This document shows, piece after piece, positions 49,104 through 60,332 of a stretch of 64,000 nt of DNA. How positions within the stretch are numbered: position 1 is the first letter of the stretch; the number at the start of each line of letters is the position of its first letter. Position numbers and translations under genes: made by a program. The notes under the pieces were generated by a model. The model did no database searches. It worked only from the letters and a program-made list of their open reading frames with translations, and was not told where the DNA came from. This DNA is from an uncultured bacterium (GTDB lineage Bacteria; Babelota; Babeliae; Babelales; JACPOV01). The stretch is taken from NCBI GenBank assembly GCA_963744715.1, contig CAVUUR010000006.1, forward strand, positions 32,001 through 96,000, written 5' to 3'.

Positions 49104-49487
49104 TTAAATTGACTCAATTCTAACAATAGTCATTTCTTGACGATGACCCTTTTTAACCCGTGATTTCTTGCGTCGTTTAAACTTAAAAATAATCACTTTA
49201 GGTCCACGCATTTGCTTTACGATAGATGCAGCAACTGATTTAGCCAAAAAAGGTTTCCCTATTTCCATGCTATCAGCACCTTCTTTACGGAATAATACCT
49301 CATTAAATTCAATTTTATCCCCTACTTCACCCTCTATTTTTTCAATAGCGATAGTTTTACCTTCTATAGCCTGGTATTGCTTGCCGCCTGTTTGAATAAT
49401 GGCATAACGATCAAAAGACATAATAGTGTCATTATGCTCTTCCTGGGTTTCTGGAGCGGGAGCTACTGCTGTTTTTTTGTTTTCCAT
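49104..49487 (-). CDS. rplU: 50S ribosomal protein L21 with ~25-aa N-terminal extension
   Basis: YAIIQTGGKQY, KVIIFKFKRRK, GHRQ. Confidence 0.97.
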   Translation of the reverse strand: MENKKTAVAPAPETQEEHNDTIMSFDRYAIIQTGGKQYQAIEGKTIAIEKIEGEVGDKIEFNEVLFRKEGADSMEIGKPFLAKSVAASIVKQMRGPKVIIFKFKRRKKSRVKKGHRQEMTIVRIESI

Positions 49488-49663
49488 TGATGGATCCTTT
49501 GTCTATCAAAATAACTATATTTTAATTTATGGTACCAAAACCTTCAATTTTGTCTAGGGGAAATGCATATTTTATTTTTTCTACTAGCAACTTTTAAAAT
49601 ATTTGTTACATTAATATAGTATGTTTTTGATTTGTTGCTATATTTTTAAGGTATTTAAAAAGT

Positions 49664-51391
49664 ATGTTTAGCAAAAAAACCCTTTCCATCATTATTTCAT
49701 TGCTCTTCGCACGGTATGGACTAGCATTACCTCTTGAACAAAATAAGCAATATCCTTTTTTTGAAACGCTCTATAAAACTCTTTATGCTGAAAGCAAAAA
49801 TTCAAGCATTCACGCCTCAAGAATCAATTACATTTTAGAGGGAATTAGTGATAAAAAAAACCCCGAACGCTTGAGTACTTTTTTGCAAGCTATTCACACC
49901 TATCAAGCACAAACTTCCCCTAAAACCGCACTTGATGAAAAATTATATGAACAAACTGAACTTCTCGTTTTAGCGTTAATAGCTATTCATCAAGCAGAAT
50001 CATTGTGCATGGACCTTTTGATGGTTCTTAATAATCTTCTTATGTACCAACAGTACTGGGAAAAAATTAATATTAAACCTATCAGAAAAATAACCGCCCA
50101 AGGCCCTTTAGGGTGGACCAAAAAAGAAGAATCTCAGAATAATGAACAGCTACGCAAAACATTGGAACAAGAAATTGAGACAGCAACCCATTACCTGGGT
50201 GCCTTATATTATCATTTGCAACAATTTTCTTACGTGCAAACCGATCAAGATGTCGATCAAAATATTCAAAAAACAGCAATTATTATTAGCGATTGTTTAA
50301 AACATTCAACAATTAATCAAGATTCTTCAACTGAACTGATTTCTCATAAACAATTACATATTATGTTTCTTACTAATTGGAGCCGCATCGCTACGTATAA
50401 AAAAGATAGGCTCGTTGCGCTCGCAGAGGTAAAAAAACCATCTCACTTGCAACATTATTGGCTTGATTATACTCTTGGCGCATTAGCTATTGGCGCAGCA
50501 GGATTATATTGGTATCACCACCAAGAAGAATGCAATAAATTACAAGAAACGGTACAAGCAGCCATACCTAATTTTTATAGAAATTATCTTTTTGGCCCCT
50601 TCAAACGTATATATAATCTAATTTTTTCAAATAACAATGCATTATCAAAAGAAGATCTCGATCACGAACGGGCTGTTAATGAAGCAATAATTGCTCATGA
50701 CCAAGAGGGATTTGCGGCAATATACAAAGATTTATTACGCAAAGGACAACCTAATCTTTCAGAAGAAGAAATTGAGCAAAAATCTCAAAAAGCAGCATCG
50801 GAGGGAAATTACAGCTTATTTGAACCATCATATGCCAAGCAAGCTAATAATGCAGCATCAAACATATTAAGTCCATCTTGGTATTCTAAGTTGGTGGGTC
50901 AAGAGGGAACGCTTCTTAGTATTTTATTTCTTAAAGTACAACGAGCTTTTATTCTTTCAAATAAGACTAATATGAAACTCAATAACATATTTCATAGGGT
51001 CGACAACTTGGAATTAACCTTACAATTATTTGCAATAATACCCGCCGCTTTATGCATAAATGCTCTTTATAAAATTGGCCAAACTATGTACAACAAACCA
51101 AGCAAGGATATGTACAAGACTATTCATGCCATCTTGTTAAAAATGGAGCGCATTCTCAATAAACATAATACTACTGATCAATGTATGAATTTCCAAGCTC
51201 AGGGCCTTTTACTATATTGGGTTTATGCATTACAAAAATATCACACCTCTATTCCTGCTACTTACGCAGATGATTTTCAAGCAGATATTATTGAACTTTC
51301 ATCATCGCACTACGAAATACATCAAAAATTGGGAACGATACAAAGAATGTATCGCGCATATCCTTTCTTGGCTGCTCAAATAATGTGCTAA
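49664..51391 (+). CDS. Signal-peptide protein with Nca2/DGS1-like C-terminal region
   Basis: KPSHLQHYW + TM, F..NYL..P...IY..IF, ELT..L.A.IPA, GLLLY, DI.EL.......QKL..IQRM...Y.FL. Confidence 0.7.
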   Translation: MFSKKTLSIIISLLFARYGLALPLEQNKQYPFFETLYKTLYAESKNSSIHASRINYILEGISDKKNPERLSTFLQAIHTYQAQTSPKTALDEKLYEQTELLVLALIAIHQAESLCMDLLMVLNNLLMYQQYWEKINIKPIRKITAQGPLGWTKKEESQNNEQLRKTLEQEIETATHYLGALYYHLQQFSYVQTDQDVDQNIQKTAIIISDCLKHSTINQDSSTELISHKQLHIMFLTNWSRIATYKKDRLVALAEVKKPSHLQHYWLDYTLGALAIGAAGLYWYHHQEECNKLQETVQAAIPNFYRNYLFGPFKRIYNLIFSNNNALSKEDLDHERAVNEAIIAHDQEGFAAIYKDLLRKGQPNLSEEEIEQKSQKAASEGNYSLFEPSYAKQANNAASNILSPSWYSKLVGQEGTLLSILFLKVQRAFILSNKTNMKLNNIFHRVDNLELTLQLFAIIPAALCINALYKIGQTMYNKPSKDMYKTIHAILLKMERILNKHNTTDQCMNFQAQGLLLYWVYALQKYHTSIPATYADDFQADIIELSSSHYEIHQKLGTIQRMYRAYPFLAAQIMC

Positions 51392-51511
51392 AAAGCACGG
51401 AATATTCATAAAAACTCCTGTTTTTAAGCTTGTGTAAAATATTGCAATTATGCAAATAATTATGGTATTCTAGTACATAGATAGCTTTTACAAAAATGAA
51501 AAAGGAATACC

Positions 51512-52015
51512 GTGAAGAAAAAATTATTTACCCTAGGATGGCTGTGTGTTTTTTGTATAACACCGTACCTTGTTGCCGATCAAAATGTTTATACGCAAGA
51601 AGAAGCGGAAAGAATTCGTAACGAACAGAAAGAAAAAGCTGTTGCCGCTGAGCAAACATTATTAGCAAAAATTCATCATATGGAGTTAACGCAATCAGAT
51701 AGTAGCAAACTTCTTAAAGCCATCGATCGATATAAAGCACAAGCTACGCAATTTAATGGAAAGACAGCTTCTGATGAAGTACGTAAAATTAGTACTCAAT
51801 TATCGCTTTCTAGTGACGCACAGGGACTTTTAAAAGATATAGCATTAGCAGCGTCAACGATAGAATCAACTGGTTTTTTACACAAACCTAATGAATGGAA
51901 AAGAACTAACCAGATTTTCTTTGATAATGCTAAGGGATTACTGCAAACAATTATTTCACAACAAATTTCAAATAACGATACCCAATCAGAGTCTGGTAAC
52001 ACAAATTTAGATTAA
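51512..52015 (+). CDS. Secreted helical hypothetical protein
   Basis: GTG start with AAGGA RBS; signal peptide. Confidence 0.7.
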   Translation: MKKKLFTLGWLCVFCITPYLVADQNVYTQEEAERIRNEQKEKAVAAEQTLLAKIHHMELTQSDSSKLLKAIDRYKAQATQFNGKTASDEVRKISTQLSLSSDAQGLLKDIALAASTIESTGFLHKPNEWKRTNQIFFDNAKGLLQTIISQQISNNDTQSESGNTNLD

Positions 52016-54629
52016 TGTTCCTTTAGGGTATTCTGTTTAAAGGTCCATAGCACATCGAATGCTTTTTTGGGTGAAAGATTGTCATAATCAATAGTATCGA
52101 GTGCCGATAGCAATAGTTGTAATGATGCGGTTATCTGCTTCAAGATTTTTTATTTTTTCTTGTAATCGAGCATTTGTGGTAAATAATTCTTGAACGTCTG
52201 ACGATTCCGTTCCGATTGTTTTTGCATGTTCTTTTAAGTATAACAATACTTCTTGCGCTCGTTCTATAACCGGTAATGGTAAATGTGCTTGTTTGGCGAT
52301 TTCGATACCAAAGCTTCCGTCAGCAATGCCTGGCACAATTTTATGCAATAAGTACAATCGCCTTGATCAGTTTTAGAGCTAGCAGCAAAATAGGTTTTAT
52401 GCCGGAAAACGTTTCACAAAGGCAGTCAATTCATGATAATGCGTCGCAAAAAGACAGCGCGCTTTAATACTGCGTATAAATATATTCAACCACTGCCTGT
52501 GCGATTGCAAGCCCATCAAAGGTGCTCGTACCCCGTCCCACTTCATCCAAGAATAACCAAACTATTTTTGTTGCTTGAGTGCAAATAGATGCCGTTTCTT
52601 CCATTTCAACCAAAAAGGTACTTTTGCCTTCGGCCACATTATCGCCTGCGCCAATTCGGGTAAAAATACGATCAATAATCGACAATATGCTGCTGCTTGT
52701 GCTGGCACAAATGAACCCATATGTGCCATAATGCGTAATCAACGCAACTTGCCGCAAATAGGTAGATTTACCACCCATATTTGGGCCGGTAATAATCCAT
52801 AAAGACTGCTCATCGTCAAGTTGCGTATCATTGGGAATAAATTGTGCGCGAACACTGCGTTCAACAACTGGATGACGACCCTGATGATAGTAATATCATG
52901 ATCTTCATTAAAAGTTGGCCGCACATACTGTTGATCATAGGCAATACATGCAAGGCCGCAAGTAAAGCATCAAGATGGGCAAGCGCATGCGCCAATTTAC
53001 GCAATGGGCAATGATAGATCTCAACTTCATATTTAACACGTTCGATAAATCTCTTCTTCAAGTGCGTCATCTTCTGTTCGAGCATCATGAATTTCATGCT
53101 CAAGCTGCTTTAAGCTCTGAGTAGTAAACCGTTCCGTACCAACAATGTTTGATGACGAAGATAATCGATCAGGAATCAAATGCAGATTAGGTTTTGTAAC
53201 TTCAATATAATAGCCATGCACTTGATTATATCGAATTTTAAGCGAATAAATGCCCGTTATTTTTTGCTCTTGCTGCTCAAATTCAAAATATTGCATGTAC
53301 TATTTTCGATCAAATCTCGCATGCAATCAAGCTCTGATCAAAACCTTGCTTAATAATCCATTCGTTACTTGCATCATCATTCAAGGCGCGCGTAAAAGAT
53401 TACTCAATGATGAAAAATCGCCACATGCGTAACAATGCATGTGATAAAGGATTATTACATGCGCTGTGCAGATCAGTTGTTTAATAGTGCGGAATAGTGT
53501 AACGCGCTTTAAGTAGCAAAAAAATCATTAATGTTGCACGCCGCAATGCAATTCTACCAATAACACGTTCAATATCCCAAAGCAGGAATAGCAAAAGAAT
53601 TGTTGCGCTACATTGCAACTATCATGCACTAAAATGTTCGATAACACATCTTGCCGTTGAACGATTGCATCTTCTTTGACAAGGGACGCAAATCCATTTT
53701 TTAATCATACGCGAACCCATTGGTGTTGACTGAGCCATCCAAAACTGCAAACAAGCGTATTGTTGCGCCTGCCATCCTGATTATTTTTAACAATTCCAAA
53801 TTGCTTTGCGTTGCAGCATCAAGAATAAGAAAATCATCTGGCTCATAAAAATGAATATGTTGAATTGTTCTAATGCAGCATTCTTGCGTTTTTTTCATGT
53901 AGCATAAAAATTATAGACTGCTTGATCGCAGATGATTCTTACTTAAATGTGATTACGTGCTCAGGATTAAACTGATCCAGCCATGAGCATGCATGAGTTG
54001 ATCATCAGGATTTTACTATTAACGTTGTGAAATAACCAATGTTTAGAAATATGTGCTGAAACATGTTTACCCATTTGATATCTGGAATATAATTTCATCG
54101 GGAAAAAATCGTATCAATTCTGATTCTAACAGCTTTTTCAAGCATCGCAGGAACTATAGTTACAAAAATTTGTGCAGTTAATAAGCTCGCCAAATAACAA
54201 TCCCCATTGATTTGCTGCGGGAAAAAATGAAAATAGATATGATGCAGATTTTTCGTCAAGGAGTTTGGATCAGTCAATGTTCCAGGAGTTAATACTTGCG
54301 TGACACCGCGCTCCACCACCTTACCGGGTTTTGGCTCTTCTAAGCTGATCGCAAATCGCAACATTAAAACCACCTTGCACTAATTTAATCAAGATAATAA
54401 TCCAATGCATGTACAGGAACTCCACACAACGGAATTGGATCATCATTCATTTTTGCTTCGTGCTTGTTAATGTAATGCCTAAAAATGCTGCCGCTTTTTT
54501 TGCATCGTCAAAAAAAAGTTCGTAAAAATCACCGACTTGAAATAACACTAATGTATCGGGGTATTGCTCTTTTATTGCTAGATACTGTTTTATCAATGGT
54601 GTTATTGTTGCATTCTTGGCATCGTTCAT
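52012..54629 (-). CDS. mutS: DNA mismatch repair protein MutS, heavily frameshifted in this sequence (error or pseudogene)
   Basis: [75 protein letters not shown]. Confidence 0.92.
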
Positions 54630-54746
54630 AAGTATACTTTCATCAATGCATAATGTTCAATGGGAGAATAATAGAAAATATTTTTAATCATGTATTAATA
54701 AAGCATAATTGATTATCGCAATAGCGCAATAATTGAATTAAACAGA

Positions 54747-56300
54747 ATGAAAAAAATAGTAGTATTAACGATAGCATCTTCTCTATTTGGTAACGAATTA
54801 ACTGATTTACAACAACAATTAAATAATTTGTCCAACGCACCGCAAGCTTTACAATTTCGTCATTTCTGCGACCACGAAATAGCCCAAGTCAGATATTCTC
54901 CCATAGATGATATTTCACAAGAAGAAAAAATATACCAAAAAAAACGATTGCTCATAGTAAAAAAATCAATTGAACAAATGCTATCACTATCATTATCTGA
55001 AGATCGCATTCCAAAAATAGCGTTATGTTTTAGTGGCGGTGGATTTCGATCAATGCTTATGAGCTTAGGTTTTCTTATGCAAGCAGAACGTAGTGGCTTG
55101 CTCAATGCAATATCATACATAGCAACACTTTCCGGATCAACCTGGGCGATAGCTCCGTGGATTGCGTCAGAAAATTCTGTTAATAATTTTTCTCGTATGC
55201 TCAATAATCGTATTGCAAAAAACGTCACCAGTATCTCTGAACATCATGCAATAAAAAAGATCGTTAAAAATTTGATCAATAAACTGCTCGCTCATCAATC
55301 TGTTTCATGTATTGATATTTTTGGTAACATATTGGCAAAAACTTTACTCGGGACAACGTGTACAAATCCTTTTGAAATAACGTTAACCGAATCCCATAAA
55401 AATGTTTACACTGGCATGGTTCCATTACCTATTTATACAACCATTAAAGCCAATACTCATCCTTATGAGTGGATGGAAATAACACCATTTGAAGTGGGTA
55501 GTTCATATTTAAAATCGTATATACCAACCTGGGCTTTTGGTAGAATGTTTTTCAAAGGAGTTTCCTGCAATAACGCGCCCGAACAAACGTTAGCATATTT
55601 TTTAGGTCTTTTTGGTTCTGCATTCCATGTAAATTTGAAAGATATTATTCGGTTGAGCGCAGAAACAATTTCTGCCGTTAAAACTGAAATAGAGCCTTTT
55701 TTTTGGAAGCCATTAAAAACATGCATACAATATATTGTGCATTCGTCAATTGGTGATATGCGTTTTTTTCCCTCCATATTTGCAAATTTTAGTTATCAAC
55801 ATCCTGAAAGTCCCCTCGCTGATGATAAAACTATTTCCTTAGTTGATGCTGGTATCGATTTTAATATCCCATTACCCCCACTCTTAAGAAAAACACGCAT
55901 GCTTGATATGATTATTATTTATGATAGTTCTGTATCAGTAACCGGTGCCCCTGAATTACGCAGAGCAGTAGAATACGCTCAGCGTAAAGGAATTGCTTTA
56001 CCCACTATTGATTATGAACATATTCATGAAAGAGTAGTTAGTATTTTTAAAGATGAACAAGATTATTCAAAACCTATTATTGTTTATTTTCCACGCATAA
56101 AAAATGATCATTATTCGACACTGTTTGATCCTGAACGATGTATTGAATCTGATTATTGCAACACCTTCAATTTTAATTATACCGCTGAACAAATATCGTT
56201 ATTACAAGGTCTTGTAGAATTTACTCTAAAAGAACAGCAGGGCTGTATCAATACTCTTATTAGAGAATTATTAACAAAAAAGTATGGGTATTCATGTTAA
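54747..56300 (+). CDS. cPLA2/lysophospholipase-type (PLA2_B) catalytic domain protein with signal peptide
   Basis: SGGGFRSM oxyanion loop, LSGSTW nucleophile, P.PIYT, W.E.TPFEVG, LVDAG, N.P.PPLL...R..D.II. Confidence 0.88.
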   Translation: MKKIVVLTIASSLFGNELTDLQQQLNNLSNAPQALQFRHFCDHEIAQVRYSPIDDISQEEKIYQKKRLLIVKKSIEQMLSLSLSEDRIPKIALCFSGGGFRSMLMSLGFLMQAERSGLLNAISYIATLSGSTWAIAPWIASENSVNNFSRMLNNRIAKNVTSISEHHAIKKIVKNLINKLLAHQSVSCIDIFGNILAKTLLGTTCTNPFEITLTESHKNVYTGMVPLPIYTTIKANTHPYEWMEITPFEVGSSYLKSYIPTWAFGRMFFKGVSCNNAPEQTLAYFLGLFGSAFHVNLKDIIRLSAETISAVKTEIEPFFWKPLKTCIQYIVHSSIGDMRFFPSIFANFSYQHPESPLADDKTISLVDAGIDFNIPLPPLLRKTRMLDMIIIYDSSVSVTGAPELRRAVEYAQRKGIALPTIDYEHIHERVVSIFKDEQDYSKPIIVYFPRIKNDHYSTLFDPERCIESDYCNTFNFNYTAEQISLLQGLVEFTLKEQQGCINTLIRELLTKKYGYSC

Positions 56301-56316
56301 TAAAAAATGGTACTCT

Positions 56317-57279
56317 TTATGAAAAAATGAGTACTTGCTCACACTGCACAAAACGATTAAATTCATGCTCAAGCGAGACTCTGAATTCATGAAAAATATC
56401 GTATACCGTATGCGGCTCTTTCATTAATGCATAGGCTATATCAATACTGCAATTATCAGCAAGAATAAGTATCTTGTTAGCAATTGCCTTGGCATGATCG
56501 GCATGCAAACGAGAAACCGCACTGAAAGATTCCGATTTCAATTGCATAAAGCCCAAAATGGATTCTAATTGATGTACGCAAAGAGCCCAGGTGTTACTGG
56601 TTGTAATTCGATAATAGGTATAATCTTTTTTAGTACGCACCCCAGAATCAGCTGATGCTTTGTTAATTTGTTCTTTAATTGCTGCTGCTTGATATTCAAT
56701 ATCATCAATCAAGGGCCATAGGGTGCTGCGTTGTGTAGTAAACCATGTAAAATCAGCATCATGAAAAACAGAACCTACCACGTTGTCAACACAAGTATTA
56801 AACACTTTAAAATATTTTATAAATGGTTGAAGAGTTACATTAGCGATGGCACCTAACAGAGCTAATACGAACTGTCCCCCTAATCGATTTCCCCATCGTT
56901 TTAACCAACTAGAATTAGCAGAACAACCTTGATCCTTCATACAAGAATAAATATGCTTAATCATTGATTCAGTTTCAGCTCTACTAATTTCTTCCGCAGT
57001 AATTGGCACTAAAGGACTCGGTGCTTTTCCATCGCCAAAAAGTGCATAAATACCAACGCCACCCCCAACAATCATACTAGCAACAATGCCCACTCTGACA
57101 TATGAATTGCGCTTCAAATCTGCAGCGACTTTTTCTTTACAATGCTCTACGGTTGTTAAATTAATTCGTTGTAATGCAGGAACTGTTTCTGTATCAGCTA
57201 TAGAGAGTACTGAGATTGAATGGCTCAGCATCAGAACTATTAATGATATTCGAGTATACATTCTTTTTAAATCAACCAA
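56317..57279 (-). CDS. Hypothetical membrane-anchored protein
   Basis: 320-aa ORF, signal-like N-terminus and two hydrophobic segments. Confidence 0.7.
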   Translation of the reverse strand: MVDLKRMYTRISLIVLMLSHSISVLSIADTETVPALQRINLTTVEHCKEKVAADLKRNSYVRVGIVASMIVGGGVGIYALFGDGKAPSPLVPITAEEISRAETESMIKHIYSCMKDQGCSANSSWLKRWGNRLGGQFVLALLGAIANVTLQPFIKYFKVFNTCVDNVVGSVFHDADFTWFTTQRSTLWPLIDDIEYQAAAIKEQINKASADSGVRTKKDYTYYRITTSNTWALCVHQLESILGFMQLKSESFSAVSRLHADHAKAIANKILILADNCSIDIAYALMKEPHTVYDIFHEFRVSLEHEFNRFVQCEQVLIFS

Positions 57280-57436
57280 CGTAACCCCTTTGATGGTAAA
57301 AAATAATATTTCGCATTATTACGATAAATGGTGCAGTTATTATTATGCCATAATAACGGTAAATAATCCAATCACTCAGATAGCATTAACAAATTCTACA
57401 TTTGCAATTTAAACAACACCTATTGCGTTATGATGC

Positions 57437-60042
57437 TCATTTAAGATTGTTAGCAAGGTATTTTCCGGTATGACTGCCAGAATGTTTAACAATGGTTTCG
57501 GGTGTACCATAAACAATAATGGAACCTCCGCCATCACCGCCTTCTGGGCCAAAATCAATAATATAATCAGCAGTTTTAAGCACATCAATATTATGTTCAA
57601 TAACAATCATAGAATTGCCTTTTTCGATCAAGCGATTGAGAACCTTAAGCAATTTTTCAATATCATTTGTATGTAATCCTGTTGTCGGTTCATCAAGAAT
57701 ATATAATGTTTTGTTGCCCCGTTTTGCCAATTCATCAACCAATTTAATACGTTGCGCTTCGCCACCAGATAGCGTAGTTGATGGTTGACCAAGTTTTATA
57801 TAATCAAGCCCAACATCACAAATAAGCTCCAACCGTTTAGCAATATGTTTATGCGCCGCAAAAAAACTAACCGCTTCAAAAGCCGTCATATCAAGAATTT
57901 CGGCAATATTTTTACCTTTATAGGTAATTTCTAATGTTTCCTGATTATAGCGTTGCCCTTTGCAGCTTTTACACACCATAACAACATCAGGTAAAAAATG
58001 CATAGAAACTGTAATAGAACCATCTCCATTACATTCAAAACAACGTCCTTCTGGCAACATTAAAACTAAATCGTCCAACTTTATAGCCTCGCGCATTACT
58101 TTCTGGCAATGCAGCAAATAATTTTCTAATTTCATCAAAAATACCCAAATACGTTGCAGGATTTGAACGAGGCGTTCTTCCAATAGGAGATTGATCAATC
58201 ACCACCATATTCTCAAGCTGTTCTACCCCTGCAATATCTTGCATACTCTGTAATCGCCTTACCACGCGATACCTGATAAGTCGCGCTTGCAATGCCGGCA
58301 CCAATTCATCTACATAACTAAGAGTACTTTTACCTGAACCAGAAACACCAGAAACACCACACAAAACACCTAATGGAAATGTAACCGTTACATTTTTTAA
58401 ATTATTTTTTGAAGCATCAGATAATGTCATAAAATTCTGATGGCTTGCGCATTTTTTAGGAATTGCAATATAGCGCTTGCCTGCTAAATAAGCACCAGTT
58501 AACGAATTTTTATTTTACCAACTTGCTCAGGAGTTACCATAAGCAGTAATAGTGCCACCAAAAATACCGGCCGCAGGGCCCATATCAATAAGATAATCTG
58601 CTTGGCGCATCGTATCAATATCATGTTCAACAACAACAACCGTATTACCTTGATCACGTAATGCTTTTAAGCGTTTCAATCAACCGATCATTATCTCGTT
58701 GATGCAATCCAATACTCGGTTCATCAAGAATATACAAAACACCACTTAATGCATGATCCAATTTGCGTTGCAAACGAATACGTTGTCCTTCGCCACCAGA
58801 AAGTGTTCGTGCTGATACGATTTAATGATAAATATGAAACCCAACATTATTCAAAAATTGTAACCGATTAATAATTTCTTTTAACAATCTATCAGCAATT
58901 GCATGTTCAGTTTCAGTAAGTTCAAAATGTATAAAAAATTGTAACGCATCTTTAATAGAAAGATCACCCAATTCAATAAATATTTTTTCCACCAACGGTA
59001 ACCGCTAATGCATGTTTATTTAACCGTTTACCATAGCAACTGTGACAGGTTTTTTCCTGCGCATATGTATACCAAAAAAATCTGGATATTTGGCTTTCCA
59101 TGCTCTGATCATCATCCGGTTCCAAGGCCATTCATGAATAATACCTAATCCATGACATTCTTTACAGGCACCAATGGGAGAATTAAATGAAAAAAATCGC
59201 GGTTCAAGTTCAGGAAACGATGATAGCACATTCTAAACACATACGGTTGTGATGAATACAAATGTTCTTTATCTCCTACAATAACTTTACAAAAGCCACT
59301 GGCCAAGAGCAAATGCACTTTTCAACGGCCTCATGCACCCGTGCACGTTCATCGATGATCAATTTCAAGATAATCAATCAAAAGATCAATGGAATGTTTA
59401 TAGGTTTTGCTAATTTAAGTTGTTTGATTTCATCTTCAGATGCAAATCGATAGGCAACACCATCAATAATAAACCGATAATAACCCTTTTGTAAAAATCT
59501 AATAAATCATTAATAAATTCACCCTTTTTTTCTATCCAACGGCGCCGCAATAGTAATGGTACTTCTTGCAAAAGTGTTCACAACATATGCAGTAATATTA
59601 TCAGGAGATTCCGGTTTAATAGTCTATGGTACAATCTGGGCAATGCGGCACTACCAATGCGAGCAAATAAAACCCGTAAATAATCATAAATTTCAGTAAT
59701 CGTCCCTACGGTTGATCGGGGATTAGAACCAACGGTTTTTTGTTCAATAGCAATAGCTGGGCAAAAACCTTCAATACGATCAAAATCAGGCTTTTTGGCA
59801 ATACCAAAAAATTGGCGCGCATAGGAAGAAAGTGATTCCATATAACGCCGTTTACCCTCAGTAAATAGAATATCAAGGCCAAATGAGCTTTTACCCGATC
59901 CCGATGGCCCCGTAATAACCGTTAGCTTATTTTTAGGTATCGAAACGTAATATTTTTTAAATTATGCTCTCGAGCACCGGTAACCGTAATCCACTCTGTT
60001 GCCTTACGGATAGGCTCTTTTTTTATGCTTTTTGATATCCAT
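57437..60042 (-). CDS. uvrA: Excinuclease ABC subunit A, multiply frameshifted in this sequence
   Basis: [81 protein letters not shown]. Confidence 0.93.
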
Positions 60043-60332
60043 ATACGCTCACTTGAGTTAGCTACTTATTTTTTATATTTTCCATTGAAAATTATTATTT
60101 AATGTAATAATAGCATATTTTTCAAAAAAAGAAAAATGGCACTTTTTTGATATTTTCCACCCAATTTTATGATTTTTAATAGAAAAATCTGTTGAAATAC
60201 CCACCTCTTGATCTTTTTATGAAATAATATGCAATTAGAGTATAATGGGTTAATTTGTCTACAAAATGGGAGTTTAAAAATATACAATTAATAATTGAGT
60301 AAATACAGTTCTTATGCGTTATTCAGCGAACA

